Shown piece by piece: positions 40,048-49,869 of a stretch of 64,000 bases of DNA. Position 1 is the first letter of the stretch; the number at the start of each line of letters is the position of its first letter. Made by a program: the position numbers and the translations under genes. The DNA is from an uncultured archaeon (GTDB lineage Archaea; Asgardarchaeota; Lokiarchaeia; Sigyniarchaeales; SOKP01), in assembly GCA_964632315.1 (NCBI GenBank), contig CAZWEM010000002.1, positions 1-64,000 on the forward strand, in the 5' to 3' direction. The notes beneath the pieces were generated by a model. That model searched no databases. It saw only the letters and a list, made by a program, of their open reading frames with translations, and was not told the origin of the DNA.

Positions 40048-40734
40048 TTATAAAATTTTCTGGAGTTCTTCAATCAATTTTAAAGGAATTCCGTCTAATG
40101 GGATGATAGAATTTGCTTTTTTAAATAGTTCATCTTGGAAAACTCGAGAGATGGGAGTTTTGATACCTATCGATTTTGCTCCAATATTTAAAGCTGCTTC
40201 GATATCCTTACTTGAATCCCCAATTACTATAATTTCATAGGGGCTTACTTTCAAAGCTTCACAAATGTAATTAAGGTGATCGGGATGGGGCTTTAGCATG
40301 GCTACGTTATCTCTACCAGCTATTATTTCGAAATAATGTATTATTCCCGCTTTTTCCAGGGATAATTTTGCATTTCGGAAGGTGTTAAATGTAAATATGG
40401 CTTGTTTAAGCCCTATCTGCTCGATAAACTCTAACACTTTTTCAATACCTGTAATCAGCGAAGCTTCAAGCGCTGCTTTTTCTTCAATTTCAACCACTGC
40501 GTTATTTACATCAGTAATTATTTCTCTAATTTCATCCTGGTTTTTTCCTATTTCTCTAAGTATGTCTTGAGAATTATTAATCAAGTCAAATGTACTTAAC
40601 TGCGTTCTAAAAAATTCTCTGGAGACTCCCTTTTCTTTTAAAAGTTTGATTACTATTCTTCTAGCTCTAAGTGAATCAATTTTAAAATTGATTAATGTAC
40701 CATCAAGATCCCATACAATTGCTTTGACCCACAT
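40048..40734 (-). CDS. HAD-superfamily hydrolase (phosphoglycolate phosphatase-like)
   Basis: WDLDGTL, KPHP, IGDS..DI. Confidence 0.92.
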   Translation of the reverse strand: MWVKAIVWDLDGTLINFKIDSLRARRIVIKLLKEKGVSREFFRTQLSTFDLINNSQDILREIGKNQDEIREIITDVNNAVVEIEEKAALEASLITGIEKVLEFIEQIGLKQAIFTFNTFRNAKLSLEKAGIIHYFEIIAGRDNVAMLKPHPDHLNYICEALKVSPYEIIVIGDSSKDIEAALNIGAKSIGIKTPISRVFQDELFKKANSIIPLDGIPLKLIEELQKIL

Positions 40735-40740
40735 TTTTAT

Positions 40741-41313
40741 TCAATATTCAAGATTAGTATAAATTGGACCTTTCGGAGTTAATTGCGATTTTTTAAGTTT
40801 GATGCCAGTGACTGAAAACGGTCCAAAATACGTGTTCTTATTCGTTTCGATTAGATTTTTCAAAGAACTAAAATTTTTATAATTTATTTTTTCTTTCCTT
40901 AGTCTTCCAATAGTTAAATGAGGTTCAAATTTGGTCCTCTTATCTTTTTTAATTTCTAATTTAGTATAGAGAAGTTCCTCCAATTTATCTTTTGCATCTT
41001 GAATAATTTGAACATTTCCCCTTACCTTTGTCCAAATAACGGAGTATTTTCTGAATTGTCCAACACCTTTAAGTTCATAACTATAGTTTTTATCTGGGAA
41101 ATATTTTGCATTTATTTCATTCATCAGGATAGAATAAATTTTGGGCGCAAGTTGCTCGGGAATGTTTCCCAAGAACTTGATTGTTAGGTGTAGGTTTTCA
41201 GGTTCAACCAATTTAATTTTAGATTGGTTTTGTTTAAGACGATCGCAAAAGTCTTGGATTTTTTCTATAGTACTATCATCTTTTAATTCAATAGCTAAAA
41301 AACTTCTAATCAT
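40741..41313 (-). CDS. thpR: RNA 2',3'-cyclic phosphodiesterase
   Basis: RSFLAI, NLHLTIKFLG, PHLTIGR, S.LTPKGPIY. Confidence 0.93.
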   Translation of the reverse strand: MIRSFLAIELKDDSTIEKIQDFCDRLKQNQSKIKLVEPENLHLTIKFLGNIPEQLAPKIYSILMNEINAKYFPDKNYSYELKGVGQFRKYSVIWTKVRGNVQIIQDAKDKLEELLYTKLEIKKDKRTKFEPHLTIGRLRKEKINYKNFSSLKNLIETNKNTYFGPFSVTGIKLKKSQLTPKGPIYTNLEY

Positions 41314-41411
41314 TTTCCATATCAGCCTTATTTTTCCAATAATTTATTATTTTCCATTCACGGTCAAATAGACTTTAGGTTTCATTATCCCATTAAAAAT
41401 ATAAAATATAG

Positions 41412-42374
41412 CTATCTTTTTATTTCTCCGGGCAAGTAAAAGGGATATTGTTTCTTGAATACTTTTGTCTTCAAAAATCGGTCAAATTTGCGTACACTTT
41501 GGAAGATCTCCCACATTTGAGCATCGCTATCATAATATTTTCTAACTTCTTCAAAATTAATTGGTTCAATTTCGAACTCATTTGCCTCTTCCGCAAAAAA
41601 GTTATTCACCAGTCTTAATAATGCTGGTATCAATTCTGGTTTTTGCTCCTTGAAGAAATTTGCCACGAGATCAATAGTGACCTTCTTCCAGTCATAATAC
41701 CTTCCGACTGTTTCTTCAAGAAACAATGCTTTCAATAACCATCTTAAAAATGATGGGGCACTTTTTAATAGTAGTTCTGCTTGCATGGACTCAGCTCCGT
41801 TTACTCGAAGCATCGGAGTACTTGTATCTAAATAACATAATTTAGTATTTTCATCAATTTTTGGATCATCCGGATTAAAATTGATAACAGAAAAATTAGA
41901 TATTTGCCCATCTAATCCCAGGTCAAGTCTCTTATTTTTTCGATTGTAATCCCATACTTTTTTCATTTCTCTCATTACTAAATGAACCAGCAATAAAATA
42001 TCATCATTTTTTAAAACGTGAATTACACGGTTTCCTATCGAATTATAAGGAACTTGTTCTTGAACACAATAAAATTGAATGTTCCCTGAATCGTCGAAAA
42101 ACCAAGTTACTCCATAATCGGGTAGTGTCAATTTGACTTCATCTTTTAAAATTCGATTATATTCATTATAGGCCCACGTGTGTCTTTTAACTTGCTCTTC
42201 GGAATCAAAAATAGGTATCCTTTTGTAGGCAAGTTTAGAAGGATCACCTACTAACTCAAAGACCATACTAATCTCTCCATAACCAAGTATTTTAATTGGA
42301 ATTATACCCTCTTCAGGGTGAACTGTATCAATATTTTTTTCAAACTTTTTTAATAATTCAATATCAATATTCAT
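41412..42374 (-). CDS. DUF6206-like protein, probable atypical kinase fold
   Basis: LGYGEIS, AYKR, GLDGQISNF, YLDTSTP. Confidence 0.65.
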   Translation of the reverse strand: MNIDIELLKKFEKNIDTVHPEEGIIPIKILGYGEISMVFELVGDPSKLAYKRIPIFDSEEQVKRHTWAYNEYNRILKDEVKLTLPDYGVTWFFDDSGNIQFYCVQEQVPYNSIGNRVIHVLKNDDILLLVHLVMREMKKVWDYNRKNKRLDLGLDGQISNFSVINFNPDDPKIDENTKLCYLDTSTPMLRVNGAESMQAELLLKSAPSFLRWLLKALFLEETVGRYYDWKKVTIDLVANFFKEQKPELIPALLRLVNNFFAEEANEFEIEPINFEEVRKYYDSDAQMWEIFQSVRKFDRFLKTKVFKKQYPFYLPGEIKR

Positions 42375-42467
42375 GGTTGATCCACTTTATTTGCGATACA
42401 ATAAAATAGATTTAATTTTTCAAAAATATAAAATTAATTACCTTAATTTAGAAGCAAGTCATGAAGA

Positions 42468-44000
42468 GTGAGAATTTTATTGAATTTAAATAAATTGAAG
42501 GTTTTGTCTAATGAAGATCTTGATGAGATTAATAATACGACAATGAATCTTTTGGAAAGTGTAGGAATTCGAGTTAAATCTGTAGAGACAAGAAGATTTT
42601 TAAAAGAAAAAGGAGCAATTATCAATGGGGTTGACGAAGCTCAAGTTAAATTTCCTAATTGGTTAGTAAAGGAAAGTCTAAGCCAGGTACCTAAAAATTT
42701 TTCGCTATGGGGGCCTGATGGATCCTATAAAATGACGATCGACACAGATTCTATCCATTTTGGGACATTTGGAGCCGCAGTAAACATGTATGATCCTATT
42801 AAAAAAAAAAAGATTAGAAAAGCAACTCTTTATGATACAATTGAACATATTAAAGTTTCAAATACGTTAGAAAATATTGATTGCTCTCACATGGATGTGT
42901 GGCCAAGTGATGTTCCTTTCACAGAATTACACTGCCATACCATAAAAGGATGGGCAAATAACAGTTATAAACCCTATGGAATGAGTTGTTTTGGTAAGAT
43001 AGCAAGTCAAGACATGATTAATTTAGTTTCAATAATAGTAGGTGGTTCAGAAGAAGCAATAAAAAAACCAAGGCTAATTGGAGTTTTCAATCCGACATCA
43101 CCGTTAAGATTAGAAAAAATTCAATTGAATGGTTTAACTGTCTTCGCAAGGAATCAACAACCATTGTTGATAAGTGCTGCCGCAAGTGCAGGATCTACAG
43201 CTCCAGTAACATTAGCGGGTGTTCTTACACAAGCCAACATGGAAGTACTTTCAGGCATCATTCTCGCTCAACTATTAAGTCCTGGAACTCCAGTTTTGTA
43301 TGGATCCACTAACACGATCATGGATCCCATAACAGGTAACAATGCTTATGGGGCGATTGAAATGACGTTACTAACAATAGCTAGTGCTCAACTCGCAAGA
43401 TTCTACCAAATTCCCTCCAAAGGTTCAGGGGCATTAACAGATTCTAAAATCTTCGATATGCAGAATGGTATAGAAAGGATTATGGGGCTTTCAGCAGCTA
43501 TAAATGCGGGACATAATTACATCACTTGCGCGGGTACCTATGAATCTTCCTTGTCAGAAGCATTAGAATTGCTAGTAATTGATGATGAATTAATTGGAAT
43601 GTTGAAAAGAGAAAAACTAGGAATTGAAGTTAGTGAAAACACTTTAGCTAGTGCAGAAATAACAAGCGCATTCAATTTGAAGAAAAATTATCTCGGAACC
43701 AAACATTCTGTTAAAAATACGAGAAAAGAAATTTTTATCCCAAAATTAATGAATAGAGAAAAAAGAGGGCGCTGGTTGAGATCTGGTTCGAATAACATTT
43801 TTAAAGTTGCACAAGAGAAGGTAAAAGATATTTTAAGCACCTATGAAAGCCCAAATCTTCCATCATCGATTAATAAAGCATTAGATGAATATATTAAACA
43901 AGTTTCTAAGCGTACTTTAGAAGATTATGCTAAATTGGAAGGTTTAAACGATACCCAAGATCCAAAAAACATAGGAAGTTTACAGTTTAACAATCAATAA
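42468..44000 (+). CDS. mttB: MttB-superfamily methyltransferase (non-pyrrolysine)
   Basis: NPTSPL, GSTAPVTLAG.L.Q...E.L.G, PG.PV.YG, TDSK..D.Q.G.E; no internal TAG. Confidence 0.9.
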   Translation: MRILLNLNKLKVLSNEDLDEINNTTMNLLESVGIRVKSVETRRFLKEKGAIINGVDEAQVKFPNWLVKESLSQVPKNFSLWGPDGSYKMTIDTDSIHFGTFGAAVNMYDPIKKKKIRKATLYDTIEHIKVSNTLENIDCSHMDVWPSDVPFTELHCHTIKGWANNSYKPYGMSCFGKIASQDMINLVSIIVGGSEEAIKKPRLIGVFNPTSPLRLEKIQLNGLTVFARNQQPLLISAAASAGSTAPVTLAGVLTQANMEVLSGIILAQLLSPGTPVLYGSTNTIMDPITGNNAYGAIEMTLLTIASAQLARFYQIPSKGSGALTDSKIFDMQNGIERIMGLSAAINAGHNYITCAGTYESSLSEALELLVIDDELIGMLKREKLGIEVSENTLASAEITSAFNLKKNYLGTKHSVKNTRKEIFIPKLMNREKRGRWLRSGSNNIFKVAQEKVKDILSTYESPNLPSSINKALDEYIKQVSKRTLEDYAKLEGLNDTQDPKNIGSLQFNNQ

Positions 44001-45037
44001 ATTCCGATTTTTTCATTTAATGTCTTAGCGACAGCTAAATTACGGCTTGCCATTTCAATTGGCTCCCAGGGCCATTCACATCCAGCTGCATAAATATAGT
44101 GACCGTTTGGTTTTCCATCTCGAAGAGTTTTTTCTACCTCTTTCATTACATCGTCAATAGAATAACTAGAACTTCCTAATATTTGCGTGTTTGTATTACC
44201 TCTGAGACAATTTTTATTTTGTAGTTTTTCTTTTGCCATTCTTAGATTTACTTGATAATCCAAATCTAGAATCGCTGCGTCAGTACTAGAAACTAGTTTA
44301 AGCATATCTCGTCCTTCCTTATCGACTGTTGAGTTATCCCCACATATATGATATAAAACGGGCACATCCTTTTGTATAAAATGAAAGAGGGCTCTTGTTG
44401 CATCTAAGCAACACAACTCATATCTTTTTGGACCAATTTGCGAAATTGCTGAATCTCCCGCGCCAATTATGTCTGCTCCTGCTTCTATTTGTAATTTAGC
44501 AAATTCTTTTTGAATTGGGATTATTCGTTGAATTAAGTTTTTAATTTTTTTATCCCAATCTTCGTATCTACATAATTTTAACACGTTAACGAGATCAAAT
44601 AAGCAACATATTTCAGCGAATGGTGCTTCTATCCATCCAACTATGCATTGAGTTCCACCAACCATTTCAGAAAGTAACTTGACAGAATTTACTCGATTTT
44701 GAATTCTTATATTAGAGAGTAATTCTGGTTCTTCTATAGCATCAAAATCTGTAATACTTAAGGGTTTTTTTGCAATAGGTGTATGACTAGACCAATCAAT
44801 TTCAACCCCCCATGCATTTGCTTCTCGATATGCATCAGTAGATACATTCACGTGATCGATGCCAAAAAAATCTGCACACTTAATTTGAGCTTTTGCAAGT
44901 ACTGTAGGATTTTGGCAATATTCATGGTTATAATCTACATTCATCAAACTTGCCGCTAAGTGCATAATGAATGGATGGAAGGGAATTTTTTCGGGAACTC
45001 CATTTATTGCTGAGAATGTTAAATCTTTTGAATTCAT
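43994..45037 (-). CDS. Uroporphyrinogen decarboxylase-fold MtbA/MtaA/CmuA-like methyltransferase
   Basis: EA.AWG, EAPF, QIEAGAD.I..GD, HICGD, GN, AGCE. Confidence 0.85.
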   Translation of the reverse strand: MNSKDLTFSAINGVPEKIPFHPFIMHLAASLMNVDYNHEYCQNPTVLAKAQIKCADFFGIDHVNVSTDAYREANAWGVEIDWSSHTPIAKKPLSITDFDAIEEPELLSNIRIQNRVNSVKLLSEMVGGTQCIVGWIEAPFAEICCLFDLVNVLKLCRYEDWDKKIKNLIQRIIPIQKEFAKLQIEAGADIIGAGDSAISQIGPKRYELCCLDATRALFHFIQKDVPVLYHICGDNSTVDKEGRDMLKLVSSTDAAILDLDYQVNLRMAKEKLQNKNCLRGNTNTQILGSSSYSIDDVMKEVEKTLRDGKPNGHYIYAAGCEWPWEPIEMASRNLAVAKTLNEKIGIY

Positions 45038-45165
45038 CAGGGATTGTAAAGATCAATTATATTTTGAAATTCTATATTAATACTGACTTAAATTATTTTT
45101 TAAGAATCTTTTTTTTCAGTACTTAATTTTGTTCCTACAAGCTAAACAATAAAGGAGATTATGTC

Positions 45166-47199
45166 ATGAAATTTTCAAGTAATATGAGTCAAGAGGAAAG
45201 AATGGATTTTACTGATAAAGCGTTGAAAGATCTCAGCTTAAAAGAAAAGATTCATTTAATGTCTGGTCACGGATTCATAAAGTACTTACTGCTTGATATG
45301 GGATTTGGAAAAAGAGCTTTTCCAGCAGGGGGAGTTAAGAGATTAGGAATTCCTCCCTTTAAATTTACAGATGGGCCACGAGGTGTCATAATTCCTGGTT
45401 CTACATGTTTTCCAGTCTCAATGGCTAGAGCCGCAAGTTGGGATCTGGATCTTGAGGAGAAAGTCGGAGATATAATAGGAAAAGAAATCCGAGCACATGG
45501 AGGTAATCTTTTTGGAGGTGTTTGTATCAATATATTGAGACATCCAGCAGGAGGACGTGCTCAAGAGACTTATGGAGAAGACCAATATTTGTTAGGTGAG
45601 TTTGGAGCCGCTTTAGTTCGTGGTGTCCAGAAACATAACGTCATGGCAACTGTAAAGCATTATGCAGCCAATAACATGGAAAATGCACGATTCAAGATAA
45701 ATGTTAAAATGGATGAGAGAACATTAAGAGAAGTCTATTTACCCCATTTTAAACGATGCATCGATGCAGGGTGTGCTACGGTAATGTCTGCATATAATAA
45801 GGTTCGAGGAGAACATTGTGGACACAATCCTTACCTTTTAAGGACTATTCTGAAACAAGATTGGGGATTCAAAGGTTTTGTTCACTCAGATTGGATATAT
45901 GGATTAAAAGACACTCTGAAAGGGATTAGGGGAGGATTAGATGTAGAGATGCCCATGGGGAGATTTTATGGAAAAAAGCTATTAAAAGCCGTAAAAAATG
46001 GTGAAGTTCCCATAGAATTAATAGATGACGCAGCAAGAAGGATAATACGTACCACATTGAAATATACTAACAAGGGAGATGATGATAAATATCCTAAAGA
46101 TTTAATTGCAAGTGAAGCACATGTCAAATTAGCTCGTAGAGCTGCTGAGGAGAGCATGGTCTTACTGAAAAATGAAGATTCAATTCTGCCATTTAATCTC
46201 AACAACATAAAAAAATTAGCGATAATCGGGAGGTTAGCTGACTTAAAAAATACAGGAGATCACGGCAGTAGCAACGTGAAACAGGATAATATTATAACTC
46301 ATTTAAGCGGAATACTAGATTTTTGCAAAGGAAAAGTTGAAATTACCTATAATGAGGGCAATGATGAAGAAAGCTTGAAAGAAGCAGTTACGAATGCAGA
46401 TGCAGTAGTTATAGTTGTTGGTTATACTCATGAGGATGAAGGAGAGTATATCAAAATGTTTGGAAGAGAGGTTGGTGGTGACAGAGATAATCTGGGTTTG
46501 CATACTGAGGATGTGAGGTTAATCAATGCAATTGCTGAATTAAACAATAAAATAGTAGTGGTTCTTGTGGGAGGCTCTGCGATAATGATGGAAGAATGGA
46601 AATCGAAGGTTAATGCAATTTTAATGGCATGGTATTCGGGAATGGAAGGAGGAAATGCTTTAGCGCACATTTTATTTGGAAAAGTGAATCCAAGCGGTAA
46701 ATTACCATTCACCATCCCAAAGGATCCAAACCATTTACCATACTTCGATAAAAATGCCGATGAAATAGAATATGGATATTACCACGGTTATGCGTTATTC
46801 GAAAAGCAAAATATAGAACCCGCATTTCCGTTTGGATTTGGATTGAGTTATACTGATTTTGAATATCAAAATCTAAAAGTAGAAAAAAATGAGAATCAAA
46901 TAGTAGTAAAGTTCACTGTAAAGAACGTTGGTTCAGTGGAAGGAGATGAAATTATCCAAGCATATATGGGCTTTGAAAATTCTAAAATAGATCGTCCATT
47001 AAAACTCCTTAAAGGATTTATTAGAATTAATTTAAATCCAAATGAAGAGAAGGAAGTAGTTATTCGAATAGATAAGAATAATCTAAGATGGTATAATCCT
47101 GAAACAAAAGAATGGGAGTTTGAAAATATGGAATATTCAGTTCACGTAGGTGGATCTTCCAAAACAGAGGATCTTTTAACAGAGAAAATATCGCTATAA
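45166..47199 (+). CDS. Glycoside hydrolase family 3 (beta-glucosidase)
   Basis: TDGPRG, GRAQETYGED, KHYAAN, HSDW, VLLKN, FPFGFGLSY, Fn3-like C-terminus; no signal peptide. Confidence 0.95.
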   Translation: MKFSSNMSQEERMDFTDKALKDLSLKEKIHLMSGHGFIKYLLLDMGFGKRAFPAGGVKRLGIPPFKFTDGPRGVIIPGSTCFPVSMARAASWDLDLEEKVGDIIGKEIRAHGGNLFGGVCINILRHPAGGRAQETYGEDQYLLGEFGAALVRGVQKHNVMATVKHYAANNMENARFKINVKMDERTLREVYLPHFKRCIDAGCATVMSAYNKVRGEHCGHNPYLLRTILKQDWGFKGFVHSDWIYGLKDTLKGIRGGLDVEMPMGRFYGKKLLKAVKNGEVPIELIDDAARRIIRTTLKYTNKGDDDKYPKDLIASEAHVKLARRAAEESMVLLKNEDSILPFNLNNIKKLAIIGRLADLKNTGDHGSSNVKQDNIITHLSGILDFCKGKVEITYNEGNDEESLKEAVTNADAVVIVVGYTHEDEGEYIKMFGREVGGDRDNLGLHTEDVRLINAIAELNNKIVVVLVGGSAIMMEEWKSKVNAILMAWYSGMEGGNALAHILFGKVNPSGKLPFTIPKDPNHLPYFDKNADEIEYGYYHGYALFEKQNIEPAFPFGFGLSYTDFEYQNLKVEKNENQIVVKFTVKNVGSVEGDEIIQAYMGFENSKIDRPLKLLKGFIRINLNPNEEKEVVIRIDKNNLRWYNPETKEWEFENMEYSVHVGGSSKTEDLLTEKISL

Positions 47200-47203
47200 C
47201 TTT

Positions 47204-48391
47204 TTATCTAATAATTTTTTGTTGCTTTAAGAATTCTTCAAGATCCTCCAGATTTTTTTTAAAATTATATCCAAATGCATTAATTCCAGATAAGATTTGA
47301 TTTCCAACAACAACAGCTTTTTGCTTAATGGATATTGGATTTCCATTTATATCTTGATAAGCAATAGGGATTTTGGTCTCTGTAATCCCCCATAATAATA
47401 TTAAACCTGATGGTTCGAGAGTGCAAAAGTAATAATCATCAAGAATTTTGAGGATATTTTGAATTTCACTTGCGTTAAAATTTTTTGTAGAAGACAATTG
47501 GATACCATGGCCTAAAGCTAGCAAAACTCCTTCATCTAATTCATGTATTTGACTTATTTTATCCATGTATTCAATTTCAATAAGACTCCCACGAAGTTGA
47601 CTAATATTGTCTTCCATCATTCTTTGAGTAGCACCAGACTGCCAACCTACATATAGTTTTGTTTTATTTTGGGGATCTACATACGATAAATCGGCGGGAT
47701 GCGTATCATTAACATGAGGAGGTGCATTCTTTTGGTGAGAAAACATACAACGGCAAAATTGGAAATTATAACCCCTCGCAGATGCTATATCTGTTGGATA
47801 TCTTACTTTTTCTGCAATTTTCTCGCCTAAGATTTTATGAAAGCCATTTTGACGAATGTTAAACCTGTTTGCTATATCTTCCAAATTAATATCTTTCTCT
47901 TTCTCTGGAGGATACCAATAGCGTGTTGCTCTAATCGGATTTTCTTCATTTTGGTCAACATTTTCATGGTACCAATCATTAAAATCTAAGTTGATATTGG
48001 CTACTTTAAATCGTTTTGCGATTTCAGGACCATTACATCCATGTTCACGAGATTTATTAGATACAATTCCCTGGAGTATTATCGGAGGTTTACTTAGATA
48101 ACTCTTTACTTTCTGATATTGTTCAGCTTGAAATCTACCTGTTGAAAAACTACCTGAACCAAAAATAAGATTAGTTACGGGACGGTCTTGGCTTACGGGT
48201 ACTAAAGGTTTTATTCGTGATCCCAATTTTTTACCAATTTCTTCCCAAACATCCATGCAGATGGCTCGTAACTCTATGGGAGATATTTTCGTCCAAATTT
48301 TATTCGCTAAGCGATGAATGGAATCAGTATTTTGCTGGCTATCCAGTTCAACTTGGTTTAATAACTCTTCATAAGACACAATATGCACCAA
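47204..48391 (-). CDS. Divergent formyltransferase-fold (PurN-like) protein
   Basis: IFGSGSFS, IVSNK, DIASARGY, NDTHPADL, LDEG in PurN motif order. Confidence 0.55.
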   Translation of the reverse strand: MVHIVSYEELLNQVELDSQQNTDSIHRLANKIWTKISPIELRAICMDVWEEIGKKLGSRIKPLVPVSQDRPVTNLIFGSGSFSTGRFQAEQYQKVKSYLSKPPIILQGIVSNKSREHGCNGPEIAKRFKVANINLDFNDWYHENVDQNEENPIRATRYWYPPEKEKDINLEDIANRFNIRQNGFHKILGEKIAEKVRYPTDIASARGYNFQFCRCMFSHQKNAPPHVNDTHPADLSYVDPQNKTKLYVGWQSGATQRMMEDNISQLRGSLIEIEYMDKISQIHELDEGVLLALGHGIQLSSTKNFNASEIQNILKILDDYYFCTLEPSGLILLWGITETKIPIAYQDINGNPISIKQKAVVVGNQILSGINAFGYNFKKNLEDLEEFLKQQKIIR

Positions 48392-48423
48392 TAAAATTGG
48401 TTATTGCATTTGAGGATATTATT

Positions 48424-48888
48424 TTATTTGTTTTTTTTCCTCTTCATAGTTTGTTGAAATTCGATGTAAACTCCTAATTGATCATAAGTATCAATATAAG
48501 CCACCTTTTGTACACCTGCGGTCAATCCTTGATGAACGATCTCAAAACCTTTATCCGTATACTTTTTAACTAACGCATCCACATCTTCCACATATACACC
48601 AAAATGATGTAACCCCTCTTTTCCAGCATCGATGAACTCTTTGAAAATACAATCTCCCTTAACATGTTCTATTAATTCAATCTGGACGTTCAAACTTCTG
48701 CTAAAACCAATATTAGTTTGTATAGTGGTTTCTTTCCCTCGGTAAAGATATGGTGTTGGTTTATTTTCTAAAAACGCAAACTTAGGTAGATCCAACTGTT
48801 CTTCAAGAATTCTAGCTTGCTTCTTAATATCTTTATAGACATAGCCAAGTTGGTTTATTTTTAAATTTCCAAGATCTATTTGCTCCAT
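48424..48888 (-). CDS. VOC-family protein (methylmalonyl-CoA epimerase-like)
   Basis: QLGYV, QIELIE, EGLHHFG.YV.D, IEF. Confidence 0.88.
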   Translation of the reverse strand: MEQIDLGNLKINQLGYVYKDIKKQARILEEQLDLPKFAFLENKPTPYLYRGKETTIQTNIGFSRSLNVQIELIEHVKGDCIFKEFIDAGKEGLHHFGVYVEDVDALVKKYTDKGFEIVHQGLTAGVQKVAYIDTYDQLGVYIEFQQTMKRKKNK

Positions 48889-49052
48889 TAATCAAAACCT
48901 AAAATATTAGTCTGATAAAAGCATAGAATTAATGATAAGTTAAAAGTTTATAAATTAGTACGATTAAGAAATGGCAAAACTAAATATTTTATGGCAATAA
49001 AGAAAATATAAATAATAAATAGTAATACTAAAAACATATTTTAGGAATAAGT

Positions 49053-49868
49053 ATGGCAAGACCATTATGGTTCGTGAAACTCTTAGAAAAAACATTTCCT
49101 AATGTTAGATTCATCGCGAAATTAACCAGAATCCCCATAATAGGAAAATTTATAGATATTTTCCTATTTCAAGATGATGAAATCATATATTTACCTAAAG
49201 ACAATGTCATTCCCGTTAATGTTAACCTTGAAAATAAAGGAGATTTAGTATTGCCAACCAGTATTTTGGAACACTTCATTAATAAGGCAAAATCTCACTG
49301 GATAATGAATTTCTGTATTTGCCGTGAATCAATGCAATGCAAGGATTATCCAATCAACCTTGGATGTCTCTTTCTTGGGGAAGCAGTTCATGAAATTAAC
49401 CCTGAATTAGGCCGTTTAGTCTCAAAGGAAGAAGCACTTGAACACGTGAGAAAATGCAGCGAAGCTGGTTTGGTTCACATGATCGGGAGAAATTTATTAG
49501 ATAAGCAATGGCTCGGTGTCAAAGATGGAAAAAAGCTTCTGAGTATATGTAACTGCGACCCATGTTGTTGTCTTTGGAGAGTATCTCCCATGCTATCTCA
49601 AAAAATAGGAAAAAAAATACAAAAAATCGACGGCGTGGAAGTACGAATAAATGATAATTGCATTGGTTGTGGTACGTGTACTGAGGGAATTTGCTTTGTT
49701 GATGCAATCAGAATTGAAAATGAGCAAGCCCAGATATCGGAAGAATGCAGAGGATGCGGTAGGTGTGTCGAAATATGTCCACAAGGAGCTATTGAATTCA
49801 AGATTAATGATGAAACCTACATTTCCCGAGCAATCAAGCAAATTGAAAAAATTATTGATGTGTCTTAA
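49053..49868 (+). CDS. 4Fe-4S dicluster domain protein
   Basis: CICR, GCL, ICNCDPCCC, CIGCGTC, CRGCGRCVEICP. Confidence 0.88.
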   Translation: MARPLWFVKLLEKTFPNVRFIAKLTRIPIIGKFIDIFLFQDDEIIYLPKDNVIPVNVNLENKGDLVLPTSILEHFINKAKSHWIMNFCICRESMQCKDYPINLGCLFLGEAVHEINPELGRLVSKEEALEHVRKCSEAGLVHMIGRNLLDKQWLGVKDGKKLLSICNCDPCCCLWRVSPMLSQKIGKKIQKIDGVEVRINDNCIGCGTCTEGICFVDAIRIENEQAQISEECRGCGRCVEICPQGAIEFKINDETYISRAIKQIEKIIDVS

Positions 49869-49869
49869 A

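Noticed and set aside
42468-44000. Pyrrolysine in MttB
   Set aside because: The ORF is continuous with no internal TAG
49651-49869. 73-codon N-terminal extension of the aminotransferase
   Set aside because: It overlaps the ferredoxin gene in another frame; family-like sequence starts at ATG 49870
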